DNA from: the human T2T-CHM13v2.0 reference genome, Homo sapiens
DNA length: 64,000 nucleotides
Assembly (NCBI RefSeq): GCF_009914755.1
Contig: NC_060932.1
Strand: one strand, 5' to 3'
A program made the translations under genes and the position numbers. This document shows positions 17,090 through 30,472 of the stretch, piece by piece. The number at the start of each line of letters is the position of its first letter. The stretch's first letter is position 1. A model generated the notes under the pieces. That model made no database searches, was not told the DNA's origin, and saw only the letters and a list, made by a program, of their open reading frames with translations.

Positions 17090-18019
17090 AAATGTCTTAG
17101 AGTAAGTTTTTATACTTTTCTCCATGAAGCACTTTCTTAAATTCATTTCTATCTACTATGTTTTATTGTTATTTAAATTGATGTTTTAAAATTTTATTTT
17201 ATTGGTTGCTAGTATATAGAAATGAGACTTAAAACTACCTTATGTCCATCAATCTCGATGGATTCTCTTAGTTCTCACAAATTTCCCATGTTAACTTTTG
17301 GGGTATCTATGTGTGGGAATAATAATTGTTTAGTTTCTTCCTTTTCAATCTTTATTCCTTCAAACATTGATTTTTCCATGTTACTGGATGGCTTGAACCT
17401 TCAGGTCTATGTGGTTAAAAGTGATAATTCCAGATATTATCCATTCCTGAATTTAAAGGGGATGCTTTTAATGATTCACCATCTAGTGTGATATTTATTG
17501 TAAGTTTTATGTAGATCCTTTTTATCTGAAAGCATAAAAGGATCTATATAAAACTTACAATAAATATCACACTAGATGGTGATTTTACTGAAATTCCAAT
17601 CTCTTACTGACTTTTATAAAAGTTTTGTCATTCATTGGTATAGAATTTTTCTGAATGCTTGCCTTGCTTCTGTGATTATCTGAATGTTCTTTACTCTGTT
17701 TAGGTGGTGAATAATATTTTCTATTGTAAAATTCATCTTGTATTGATAGAATAAATCTAAAATGTATTACTCATTTTTTTCAATTCTGTTAATAAGGAGT
17801 TTAGTCTAAAGTTTCCTTTTAAACTCTAATATTTATATTAAGGTGATGCTATCCTCAAAAAAAGTTACAGCGTGTTTCTTCTCTTCCTCCTTTTTCTGGA
17901 AGAGTTTGTGAAGTTTGTAACAATTTTTCTTTATTATTTAGTATAATTTATCTGTAATGTAGTTTGAAATGCTTTGGATGACCTGGGTAGATTTTCAACT
18001 GCTAATATTTCTTTAATGG
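17090..18019 (-). mobile_element. Ancient L1 (L1M/L1ME) ORF2 fragment, continuing past the MLT2A to about 18900
   Basis: T-rich degenerate antisense L1 (ttgctagtatatagaaat; ttcctgaatttaaaggggatgcttt; ttctggaagagtttgtg). Confidence 0.65.
17476..17582. repeat. Inverted repeat with 47-bp arms and 13-nt loop
   Basis: Arms 17476-17522 and 17536-17582 pair at 46/47 positions; the exception is a G.T pair (17511/17547). Checked base by base. Confidence 0.97.
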
Positions 18020-18738
18020 TGTATTAGGGTTCTCAAGAGGGACAGAACTAATAGGATATATATATATATCCTATTATATATAAATATATATATTTCATAT
18101 ATATGAAATATACATATTATATAAAATATATATTATTTTATTATATAATATATAATGTAATAATATAAAATAATATATATTATATGTAATATGTAAAATA
18201 AATTATAATTATATTATTAATATTCATATTATAACAATAATATATGTGATATTATATATTATATCTATTATATATTTCCTATAATACATATATTATATTA
18301 CATATAATACATATTATATATATTATATAATACGTATTATATATAATATATAATATATATAGGAGTTTGTTAAATATTAACTTACACAACTTACACAATC
18401 ACAAGTTCCCACAATAGTCGGTCTGCAAGCTTGAGGAGCAAGGAGAACCAGTCCAAGTCTCAAAGCTGAAGAACTTGGAGTCCAATGTTCGAGGGCAGGA
18501 AGCACCCAACACGGGAGAAAGATGTAGGCTGGGAGGCTAGACCAGTCTCGCCTCTTCATGTTTTTCTGCCTGCTTTATATTTGCTGGCAGCTGATTAGAT
18601 GGTGCCCACCCGATTAAGGGTGGATCTGCTTTCCCCACCCCACTGATAACATCTTTGGTAACACTGTCACAGACACACCCAGGATCAATATTGCATCCTT
18701 CAGTCCAATCAAGTTGACGCTCAGTATTAACCATCACA
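18020..18738 (-). mobile_element. MLT2A (HERV-L LTR) solo LTR with internal AT-rich expansion
   Basis: tgtattagggttctc...cagtattaaccatcaca; perfect 5-bp TSD AATGG at 18015-18019 and 18739-18743. Confidence 0.93.
18056..18361. repeat. AT-rich low-complexity (TA-derived) tract, about 300 bp
   Basis: Almost entirely A/T with tatat/taata motifs. Confidence 0.95.
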
Positions 18739-20164
18739 AATGGTTTATAGACTTTTATGTTTCCTGTTTCTTTTTGAAGGACTTATACTAAACACATATT
18801 TGTAGGAAATTGTTTTATTTAGTTTACTAATCATGTTGGCACAATATTAATATATTATTGTCACTTTTCTGATTTTAAAGATATTTTCTGGGGAAGTGGA
18901 TAAATTGGTCTTTTCCCATTTGTTGAGAACTATAGGTATGTTTATATTCAAATACTTGACCCAGAGAAAACATTTGGATTTCACTAGTGTGTTTCTATAA
19001 ACAAACCAAAAGTGACTCTAATGACAGACATAGACATAGTTTGGGAGAGGCATGCTTTAAACTCAAGATGTGTTAAAGGCCGTCTATTCTATTTATGAAT
19101 AAAACTGCTTTGCTTTCATGTACTACCAAGGTTTGTTGTTGTTAAAAATCAATTAAAAATTGAAAAGCATTTGCAAAATAAGTTTAAAGTGTATAGCCAA
19201 GCAATAAGCTGGCTAGTTTTGTTCTTTCACTTATTGAATGGTATTTATTAAATGCATAGTATGTGCCAGGCATGATATTAGACATACCACATTACCAAGC
19301 ACTGCCATTCTCCTGCCTAGGATGCACAATGCCCTTGTAAATTTCTAGAAATCTTAAGAAAAACAGTGGAGGGCCAAGATCAGCAGTAGGATGAAAACAC
19401 TGTGTCAAACAGTTGATAGAAACTAAAACATTGGACTTCCTCTCTGCCTCTCTTCAACCTAAGTCTTTTTGACAGGAGTATATTTAGGTATGTTTCTCTC
19501 CTAGTGCTATTGTTTATGTCAGATTGATGTCACCTAGTGAGGGGGATCATTTGTTTCATACCATTTAAATTGCTGATGGAATCCGAGTAGCATATATATT
19601 TCTTTAACTGTGTTATTTTATTTAATCACTGTCATTTCCAATAGATTCTGAGAGAGATTCGGTTACACAGTTTTGTCCACTCCCATATGGCAAAACATTT
19701 TTTTGTTTTTTGAGAATTGATAGTCTACAATAATATTGCCAAAATACGAGTCAATAGCCAGTTAGATGAGAACCATTATACAATTCTCAATTTTAACCTG
19801 TTGTAATTTGCTTTTCTAGGGGGACAATATTTGGTGTTCTTATTGTCCTTTGCTGGAATATAGATATTAATCTTTCATTCTCTATTATCAACCTTAAATA
19901 GAATTGTCTAAACATGCTCCAAAGGCAGTTCCTATTTCAGTGCCCATTTAAATTTGCCTTTAATACTCTGTTTATCAGATTTCCAAAGAGGACTTCAGGC
20001 ATATTAAAATTGAGTAGCTTTCAATCTAATGTGTATCCCAACACAACTGAGTAATCTCAGATGCTTTCATCAGTAAGGAGATAATCTCATCAGCGATTTG
20101 TTTGCATGTGGGTGCTTTTGAAGTTGTTAGAAATCTCCAAGGGAGTTTATTCACAAAGAGTGAC

Positions 20165-20400
20165 TCTCACAAATATTTGTTGAGTGCCCACTACATGTTA
20201 TACAATATTCTAGCTACCAAAAATGCACTACTGAAATAGGTAGTTATTGCCCTTTAGACTTACATTATATTGGTAGACCTTATTAGGCAATTTCACTGCA
20301 GAGGAATAAGAGTTATAGTAGATCAAATACAGGTGCTCAGAGAGCACAAGGAGGTGCACAGAACCCAGAGCTGGAAATTAAGGGAAGACTTCTTGAAATT
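20165..20400 (-). mobile_element. L2 3' fragment
   Basis: acaaatatttgttgagtgcccactacatg...agggaagacttcttgaa. Confidence 0.6.
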
Positions 20401-20829
20401 ACCTCTCTGCTGAGATACAAGCAACAACACTTTGCTAGGTAAACAGCTGTCAAGGTTGTAGTTTGGGGGTTGGGAATACCAACAGCAGGAAAAGCAAGCA
20501 AACAACAAACATATGGAATGAACTGGGGTTATATGGAGAAGGGCAGGCTTAAATAATTTAACATTCATTAGCTGAATTGAGTGTATACTGGATGAATTGA
20601 AGCAGTTTTAGGGCATGGGTCTTTCCCTCTATGTTTTGGGTCATTTCCTTCATATATACTGTAATACATTCGATGCATGCATAGAATTTCAAGCTCATCA
20701 CACTTCCTACTTAGGACCAAATATTAAATAAATAAAAATGGCAAAAGGAGGTATTTGGAAGACAGCGATGGTTATTAGTGTCTTATCTAGTGAGATGATT
20801 ACCAAATTTAGTAGAAGAAAACCTCCTTT

Positions 20830-21395
20830 TAGTCTCTCTTGGCTCCAAGTTACAGAAACCATATGAACTGGCTTCATCTAAAATGGAATTTTTTAGAACA
20901 AGGATACTGGTGTACCACATGGAACCCAAGAACAGGGATGTGATGAGCCTGCATCTCATGAAAAATTGGAACAGGGACTCTCTTGCTCTCTTACATCTTT
21001 ACTTCAATTTGTTTATTTACTTTATCCTTTTCTCTTGCTCAGAATCATCTTTCACATTCTACAGAAGTCACAGAAGCCAACACACAACTCCAGAGTTAAA
21101 CATATTAAACCCCTGTCATCAGAGAGAACTTTCAAAAAATCTTGAGATGGGACCCATTGGCTCAGACTGAGTCAGATGTCTACCCTTGGACCAATCAACT
21201 GTGGTCTCTGTGAATGTAGGCTACTATTATTGCCCTATTTGAGTTTTCTTCCCACTCATGAGCCAATCAACTCTAGACAGAAAAGGGAATGATCTGAAGC
21301 TTGGAAGTTCTCACAGGAACCCTATAAATGAAGAAGAGGACAGGACATGTTTTAAGACAAAGAAAAACGCTATGCAACCAAAATACATCTACTAC
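20830..21395 (-). mobile_element. Old MaLR LTR (MLT1K/L-like)
   Basis: caagttacagaaacc...cccattggctcagactgagtcagatgtctacccttggaccaatca...catctactaca. Confidence 0.6.
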
Positions 21396-23700
21396 AATAA
21401 CAGTGATTATTAAAAAGTCATTTAATTTCTCTAAGCCTCAATTTTCTCTTCTCTAAAAGTGTATGAATTGTCTATTGCTATGGATATGTATCAAATAAGA
21501 TACTTTAAAAGTTTTAAATGACAAACTTCTATACAGTTCTAAAAGGTTGCTCTGATTATTACACTGGTGTCACCAAAGTGGTTTCTAGATTCTATTTCTG
21601 CAGAGCTTTCATTTGTAAAATTGGAATGATTTTCTCTACTTTTTATGGTTATGGACTAATTAAAGAGAAATATCTACCATTTATTTATTGATGGTTTAAT
21701 ATATATTATGGTAGGAGGTTTGCACATATTTCCTTTTTTAATTTTCACCACAGTCCTATAAACTAGATAGTCTTACCAAGCATACTGTAATGTAAACAGG
21801 TTAAGATGATTAAGTTCCTAACATGAATTAGTGTCAGAGAGAGGATTTAAATCAGGTCTGAGTGATTCCGTGATTCCAAAGGCAAGGTGGGGATTTTAAA
21901 GAGCCATACAATAACACTCTTATGTGTTATAATTTTATTGTTCATTTTTATAATTCAATTATAATTGGTTTATTTCTGAGCTAGTTTCCTTAAAATTTTT
22001 AATATTTTGCCATTACATTTTTAATGACCTAGTGATTATATTAAAAATCCTATCTTTTATGAAGATATAATGATGCCATACTGTGGATTTGCCAAGTGAT
22101 GCTCTACTACTTGTTGGGAGAAATTAAAATTTTAATTCTGAATGAGAAGCTTGATATTTGTAAACAATTGCAAGAAGAGAGGGATAAATAATCACAACTT
22201 GTTCAGAAACAGTATGTCAGCATCCAGGGAGGTTTCTGGAAGAATTATTAACAGCAGGTTATCATCTTTGGTCTTAACAGTGGAAAGTACAATTAAGGAG
22301 TAGTTGTTAGAATTTCTGGGTTCTGATCCACCTGGACAGAATACACATTTTCTTTTGTAATTTATATTAGAAATAAGATACCTGGCCCATCTGAGCATGT
22401 ATGATTAGTTTGGTGGAATTGTGTTCTAATCAGAAACATTAGAGTATTCTGACCATTTTTGTAAGAAAAAGAGTCTCAATTGCATGGCAAAAACCCCCCA
22501 AAAAATGGTATTCTACTTTTATGTTCTTAATTTAATGACATGTTAGATACTCCAGATTCCATTCAAAGAGATGAGTGGGCTAGCTTTTGTGATATTTCTC
22601 ATTACTGAGATATCATATAACCCTTTCAGGTATTTCTGAAAACACATGAGACAGAATCCTCTCTTCATGAAGTAATATGTGGAAGTCCTCTTCATTATAT
22701 CAATGCTGTTAGTGTTTACCTCTTGACTTTCAGAAAGTTTCTGTGCAATGCCTTTCTTTTTTGGCTTCACTTTAGGTCTCTCTTCCATTAATCTTGCACA
22801 TATACTTAATGATTCTCTTTCAAAGAGTGTTTCCTTTAAGGATTAAGCTCCTTTGGGAATTAATCCAAACTTGTAGGTTTACATAGCAGTCTAAAATCAT
22901 GAATTTTTGTATCTGGGACAACAACTCCATCCACAACACATTATCTCATCATTTACTCAGAGAGTATTCAGATTTCTTTGGACCTGACTCCTTGAAAGTG
23001 AGCTGTCCTTCTTATGTATCCAAAAAGTCTCAGGTGTATTATAGCTTTGCTATTTGAAAATAATATCAAAGACAGCATCTTACGATGTTCAAAGGCAATG
23101 TTACATTATTTGTTTTTCAGATGATAGGACTGAAATTTTGAAGGCTGAAATGGCTTGCTATGGAATACAATGTCATGTGGCAGATTGGGAAGGAACACTC
23201 AGGGCTTCTGGCTCCTAGTCCAGAGTAATTTTTGTGCTCTCTTTACATGTCACCTTCATCTGCACTGTATCATTTGGTTCATAAAATAATATGGCATTCA
23301 GGCAGAAACAGATTTGGTCCTCCACTAGTTTACAGATAAGAATATTGAGCCCTAGAGGGATTTTTGTCCAAGGCTATATGACGAGAAATGTTTTGCCCCC
23401 AAGTTTAAGGTATTTCCAGTACAATTTGCTGGCTTTCCAACTTAAAAACGTTCTCTATGGCCCATTAATAAATTCTACAATCTCTTTTTATTTTAAACGC
23501 CCTTCATATTTTTTAGATTTCTTATATTTATAATATTTTAAAATACATGTTTTATTGAATTAATAAAGCAATAATTTCCATAGTGGTCCACCCTGAACTC
23601 TCCAGGGAACCTGCCTGCTGCTCTTGTAGTATAAGAACAGCAGCAAACAGCTTTTTTGTTGGAAGTCTACATGAGTTCTGTTGCTAATAAAATGAACATT

Positions 23701-25746
23701 TCTTTTTTAATTTTAATTTGAGTTGGGGATACATGTGCAGGTTTGTTACAAGGGTACATTTCATGATGTTGAAGTTTGGACTTTTATAGTCCCATCACCC
23801 AGATAGTCAGCATAGTACCTAATGGGAAGTTTTTCATTCCTTTGACCATCTTTAGGCCCCCTAGTATCTATTGTTCCCATCAATATGTTTGTGGGAACTG
23901 AACTGAAGGGAACAAACTGAAGGTTTATCTCTCACTTATAAGTGACATTATAAGTGATATTTGGTTTTCTGTTCCTGCATTAATTTGCTTAGGATAATGG
24001 CCTCCAGCTGCATCCATGTTGCTGCAAAGGACATGATTTCATTCTTTTTTATGGCTGTGTAGTGTTCGTGGTATATATGTACCACATTTTCTTTATCCAG
24101 TCCACTGTTGATGGGCACCTAGGTTGATTCCATTTCTTTGTTATTGTGAATAGTGCTACAACAAACATATGCATGCGTGTGTGTGTGTTGTTTTTTTTTT
24201 TGGTAGAATGATTTATTTTCCTTTGGTTATATGCCCAGTCATGGGATTGCTGGGTAGAATGGAAGGTCTATTTTTAATTCTTTGAGAAATCTCCAAACTG
24301 ATTTCTATAGTGAAGTAATTTACATTTCCTCCAACAGAGTATAAGCATTCCCTTTTCTCTGCAGCCTCACCAGTATCTGTTGTTTTTTGACTTTTTAATA
24401 ATGGTCATTCTGACTGGTGTGAGATGGTATCTCATTGTAGTTTTGATTGGCATTTCTCTGATGATTAGTGTTGTTGAGCCTATTTTTCATATGTTTGTTG
24501 GCCTTTTTATGTCTTCTTTTGAGAAGTATCTGTTCATGTACTTGGTCTACTTTTTAATGGGGTTACTTTTTTTCTTGTTGATTTAAGTTCCTTGTAGATT
24601 CTGGATATTAGTTCTTTGTTGGATGCATAGCTTGTGAATATTTTCTTCTATTCCTTAGGCTGTCTGTTTACTCTGTTGGTAGTTTCCTTTGCTGTGCAGA
24701 AGCTCTTTAGTTTAATTAGGTCCCAATTTTCAATTTTTATTTTCATTGCAATTGGCTTTTGAGGACTTAGTCATACATTCTTTCCCTAGGCCAGTGTCTA
24801 GAGGGGTATTTCCTGGGTTTTGTTTTAGGATTTTTATGGTTTGCGGTCTTACATTTAAGTCTTTAATCCACCTTTAGTCATTTTGTATATGGTGATAGGT
24901 AGGGGTTCAGTTTCCTTCTTCTACAAACAGCCAGTTTTCACAGCACTGTTTATTGAATAGAAAGTCCTTTCCTAATTACTTATTTTTGTTGAGTTTGTTG
25001 AAGATCAGTTGGTTGTAGGTGTGTGGCTTTACTCCTGTGTTCTCTATTTTATTCCATTGGTCTGTGTCTATTTTTGTACCAGTATCATGCTGTTTCAGTC
25101 ACTGTAGCCTTGTAGTATAGTTCGACATCAGGTATTATGCCTCTAGCTTTATTCTTTTTGCATAGAATTACTTTGGCTATTTGAGCTCTTTTTTGGTTCC
25201 ATATGAATTTTAGAATAGTTTTTTCTGTGAAAAATGATGATGATTTGATACAAATGGCATTGAATATGTAGATTGTTTTGGGTAATATGGACAATTTGGA
25301 CAATGTTGATTCTTCCAATCCATAAGCATGAGTGTTTTTTCTATTTGTGTCATCTATGATTTCTTTCAGCAGTGTTTTGTAGTTCTCCTTGTAGAGCTCT
25401 CCTACCACCCTGGTTACATGTATTTTATTTTTTTGTGTATGGCTATTGTAAAAATTGTGTTCTTGATTTGGCTCTTAGCTTGAAAATCACTGGTGTATAG
25501 AAATGCTACCAACTTTTGTATGTTGATTTTGTATGCTAACACTTTACTGAAGTTATTTATCAGATCCAGGGGCTTTTTGGTGGAGTCTTTAGAGTTTTCT
25601 AGATATAGAGTGGTATTGTCAGCAAAGAGAGAAAATTTGACCTCCTCTTTTAACTATTTGGATGCCTTTTATTTCTTTCCCTTACCTGATTGCTCTGGCT
25701 AGGGCTTCTAGTACTAGGTTGAATAGCAGTAGTCACAGTACACATC
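23701..25746 (-). mobile_element. L1PA15/16-like 5'-truncated LINE-1, about 2 kb
   Basis: Antisense 3' UTR (gtgcaggtttgttacaagggta...catcacccagatagtcagcatagtacc) followed by antisense ORF2; ORF 25085-25408(-) gives [13 protein letters not shown]...[10 protein letters not shown]. Confidence 0.9.
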
Positions 25747-26097
25747 TATGAAAGCTAACATTTCTTAAATGATGTACATGAGACAACTTTTTAAAATGTG
25801 GAAATTATTTTCATCTAAGCCAAAACAAAAAGTTTTTGTAATTTTTTTCCTTGAAAACTAATTGATGTTAATTTAAGAAAATCATTTTCTGCATCTTTTC
25901 AAAACATTTGTTAATTTGCTAATGTACATTAGGAAGCAGTTCAATAATTATTACCAGGAAACTATGGGTATATTCCAATTTTCCCAATAATAAATTTAAA
26001 GATAATAGATAAATTAATAGTACAGTATTTTGCCCCTAATATTTTTCCTAAAAGTTGTAGACTCTGAGGAAATCACATCTCTGTTCACTAAGGTTCT

Positions 26098-26960
26098 ATA
26101 TGCATTTTCTATTGCTGCCCTTATCAATTACAACAAACTTAGTGGTTTAAACAACACACATATATTATTTTATATCTCGATAGGGAGTAAATTGGACCTG
26201 ATATGGTTTGGCTCTGTGTCCCCAACCAAAATCTCATCTTGAATTGTAATAATTCTCATGTGCCAAGGGCGGGACCAGGTGGAGATAACCGAATCATTGG
26301 TGGAGGTTCCCACATCCTGGTTTCAATATAGTAAGTTCTCATGAGATCTGATGGTTTTATTAAGGGGCTTCCCCCTTCGTTTGGCTCTCATTCTTTCTCC
26401 TGCCACCATGTGAAGAAGGACATGTTTGCTTCCCATGCCACCATGATTGTAAGCTTCCTGAGGTCTCCCCAGCTATGTGAAACTGTGAATCAATTAAACC
26501 TCTTTTCTTTATAAATTACCCAGCCTTGGGTATGTCTTTATTAACAGCATGAGAACCGACAAATACAAATTCATTCCCTTGAAGTTGTTAGACTGAGGCA
26601 CCATTCTTTGCTGGCTCTCAGCTGGTGGTCATTCTCAGCTTCTAGAGGTGGCCTGTATTTCTTAACTTGTGGGCCCTTTTGTCTTCAAATCCAACAATGT
26701 AAGTTGTCATCCTTCTCCTGCCTTCTCTCTCCTGCTTTTTTATGTGTCATCACATCTCTCTGACCATTGCTGGGAGAGGTTTTCTATGTTTAAGAGCTGA
26801 TGTGATTAGATTAGGCCTATTATGATAATCCAGCATAATCTCCCCATCTCAAAATTCATAACCTTGATCACATCTGCAGAGCCTCTTTTGCCACAAAAAG
26901 GAACATTCATATATTCTGGGAATTAGGATATAAACATTTTGGGGTCCATTAGTCTACCAT
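26098..26960 (-). mobile_element. MLT1D-like MaLR LTR interrupted by a THE1D
   Basis: ttttctattgctg...caaacttagtggtttaaacaacac at left; tgattagattaggcc...gataatccagcataatctccccatctcaa...cacatctgcaga at right. Confidence 0.8.
26199..26567 (+). mobile_element. THE1D-like MaLR solo LTR
   Basis: tgatatggtttggctctgtgtcccca...caattaaacctcttttctttataaattaccc...aaataca. Confidence 0.9.
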
Positions 26961-27754
26961 AGGTCCTTTGTAAGATTCTGTGACTCTTCAATTCAAGTTT
27001 GTGTCTGCAGAATAACTCCTTTTGATTTCAGAGAAATAAAAAATATTGGGAATATTGTGGCTTCTGTGATGAAAAGTCTTTTAATTTTATTACAATTTTA
27101 AAAACTTTATGGAAAAATGAAATCTGCCTCAATTTATGCTAAGTATATATCAAACACAAGCCTGATTTTTTGTTAATTCAATCAGTTATTCAATGCAATT
27201 AAAACAATTATACTCTTGGTTGTTTAGTGTCAAAGTGACTGAAGGTCCATTTTCAAGGCGTGAAGCAATGCCATGCAAACATAGCGTTGAGGCAAAAAAA
27301 AAAAAAAATTAAATTCCAGATTGTCCCCCTTCTTCCTTCTTCTTTTCGTCCTAAGGAAGAGAGGATGGTATTATGGGATAAAATGGTGGGATTTCAAATA
27401 AGATACAGATTATTTAATTTGGATATGTTTCAAAGTCTCATATAAGGAACCAATTGCTCTTGAAATAGGAAGGAGACTTTCCTTCTGGTAGCTCGTAAGA
27501 AAGGTGAGCTGTTGCAGAGGAATGAGAGCAATGGTACTGTAATTATTGCTCCACACAGGACCCTCCCGTTCTTTTTATTCATTTGTTTATTTACTCAACC
27601 ATATTCATTCTGAGTTTATCTAAACCAGGAATTATAACAAAGCCAGTCATTCTACCTATAGCCTTCTTTCCAGCTTGTCTTTGGCCACTCTCTCAGAGGA
27701 AAACATTATGCTGAATTTTTTGTTTATCTTTTCTTTGACAAAAAAATATTTATA

Positions 27755-27910
27755 GGCCAGGTGCAGTGGCTCACGCCTGTAATCTCAGCATTTTGGGAGG
27801 CTGAAGCGGGCAGATCACTTGAGCCCAGGAATAGAAGTTTACAGTGAGCTGTGATTGCATCACTGCTCTCCAGCCTGGGCAACAGAGCAAGCAAGACCCT
27901 GCCTCTAAAA
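27755..27910 (+). mobile_element. Alu monomer-length element (FAM/FRAM or internally deleted AluJ)
   Basis: Left-arm start ggccaggtgcagtggctcacgcc joined to a right-arm end cagtgagctgtgattgc...gaccctgcctctaaaa. Confidence 0.85.
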
Positions 27911-27924
27911 TGTTTTTTTTAAAT

Positions 27925-28062
27925 ATAAATTCTAGAACTGAAAAATTCAATAATTGAAATTAATTAGTCAACAGATGCATTTATTAGCCAATTGGAAAAA
28001 CAAAAGATAGGATTAGTGAACCGGAATATAGGCCCACAGAAAATATGCAGACTAAAGCATGG
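27925..28062 (+). mobile_element. Old L1 ORF1 fragment
   Basis: aaattctagaactgaaaaattcaataattgaaat...ggattagtgaaccggaa. Confidence 0.55.
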
Positions 28063-28219
28063 GCCATTAACTGCCAGGCATTTTCAACTTGTCTTACGTG
28101 GTACCTGACCAATAACCCTGAGGCAAAGACCAGAATGGGGAGTGCCAGGGTTGTAGACTGGGCTCCAAGTCTGCTAAATGAATTTTTCTTTATGTATGTC
28201 TAATTTTAAAAAGCAAGAT

Positions 28220-29030
28220 ACAACTTTTTTCCTGACCTATATTTATTATCAACACTTTTGACATCAAATTTGTGGGGGTTTTCTCTATACCAATATATTC
28301 TCCAACTCTATGGACACCAACTTTGTGTCCTATGATTGAATTCAATTCTGACGCTAACTCTCCTATGTTAGCACTGAGCCCACAGATTAAAGGGCTCAAT
28401 CCTACCAAGCTTCACCTACTTCAGATGGCAAATGCCAGTCCCAGGTTGCCATCTTTGCTTTTGGCCAACCAGTTATAAATTGGAGTTTTCTATGTCCCCC
28501 TTCTCAAGTTCCATAATTTGCTAGCATGGCTTTTAGAACTCAGGAAAGCACTTTACTATTACTAGTTTATTATGAAGGATGTCATACAGGATACCAATGA
28601 ATAGCCAGATTAAAAGATACATAGAGTCAGGTATGGACGAGGTGTGTGGAACTTCTGTGCCCTCTCAGGGTGTTCCCAGGACCTCAATGTGTTCATTAAC
28701 CTGGAAGCTCTCTGAACCCCATTGTTTAGGGAGGTTTCATTACATAGGCATGATTAATTAAATCATTGCCCTTTGGTGATTAACTCAATCTCTGGCCCCA
28801 CTCTCTTCCCTGCAGGCCAGGAGTTGAAAGCTCTAATACTTCAATCATGCCTTAGTCTTCCTGTTGCCTAGTTCCAATCCCAAAGCTAACTAGGGACCCT
28901 CAGTCACCAGTCATCTAATTAGCATACAAGAGACACTCATTTCTTTATGCAGATTCCATGTGTTTTAGGAGCTGTGTGCCAGGGACTGGAAACAAAGACC
29001 AGATACTTTTTATAAATGTAATATGTTACA
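28220..29030 (-). mobile_element. MER21B/C LTR
   Basis: ttcaattctgacgctaact...ataatttgctagcatggct...ctcaggaaagcac...ttaggagctgtgtgccagggac...caaagacc. Confidence 0.8.
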
Positions 29031-29555
29031 TTTCCTTTTAATTTGATGTTGTCCTTTAATTTATGATTCTAGTACATTTATATTTATTGTGATTATTTGT
29101 ATATTTGGAGCTATTTCTACCATTTAAAACTTATGTTTTCTCCTCTTCCTTTTCTGTGATTGAGTTTTCATTTGTTTTTATCCTCCTTTTCTCACATCTT
29201 ATTTGCTTAGAATTTATACATGTAACTTCTCTTCTTTAGTCCTTAGCTTTATAATTGTATTGTAAACATTTACTCCAATAGAGCCTTAAAGCTAAACACC
29301 ATCTTGATCCCTCTCCTATATGATAAATGTATATTAAAACATTTTAGGTTTTATCTTTCCTTCCCTACCAATGTAGTGGCAAGTATTTTGGATGGGATCT
29401 TGTGATTAAACCCTGTCAGTTTTTATCTGAAAATATTTTTATTTTGTCCTTATTCTGCTGCAATAATTAATCCAAGTTGACAGTTATTTTCTCTCATCAT
29501 TTGGAAGTTCTTATTCCATAATCTTCAGGCTGTAATTTTAGTTAAGAATTCTGCT

Positions 29556-29856
<301 letters not shown>

Positions 29857-29918
29857 TCATTTTAATTGATCTTCTTCTTTTAAAAATATGAGCTGTGCTT
29901 TTTCTCTAGTTGCTTTTA

Positions 29919-30472
29919 TGAACAAGAGTTCTTTGGAAAGGATTTTGGAGGAAAGAGGCTTTATTCCAGTGAATAGTTTGCAAACTGGAGAAACATAGCA
30001 GTGTAAGACAAAGATACATTCCAAAAACAAAGAGAGGGTTTGGGTTTTATAGCAAATGTTCCTGTCTAGTTTCTCAACCAGGTTCACTTATGCAAAAGAA
30101 GAATTGAACTTTGCTTAGTTATGATTGGTCAATACAGTTAAGCCCTAATTGGTTGATATAGCTCAGCCCTTGGACTAGAACAAATGAGCTCTGATTGGTT
30201 GGTTTCCAACCCTCAAACCAGAAATCTGTCAGATGCTTCTTTCAAATGCCAGGTGTTGGAGGATTTCTGGAAGCAGTTTATCCTGACACTAACAACAATA
30301 ACTGGTCTGCCTTGATTCTAGAAAGGGAGGTCCTATGATAACTTTTACAACAACTTTCTGAGAACGCAAACTGTGTGATTGCTCCCTCACCCAGCCATGG
30401 CCACCTGTTTTAACTTTGAGCACCTCAGCCACAAGGAATGTATTTTGTCTGTAAGTAGGGGCTCACTTTAAC
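29919..30472 (-). mobile_element. ERV1-class solo LTR (subfamily not identified) with repeated CCAAT boxes
   Basis: TG...CA termini, antisense polyA signal (tttatt ~29960), antisense TATA-like ttttatag, three attgg boxes at ~30120-30200. Confidence 0.6.
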
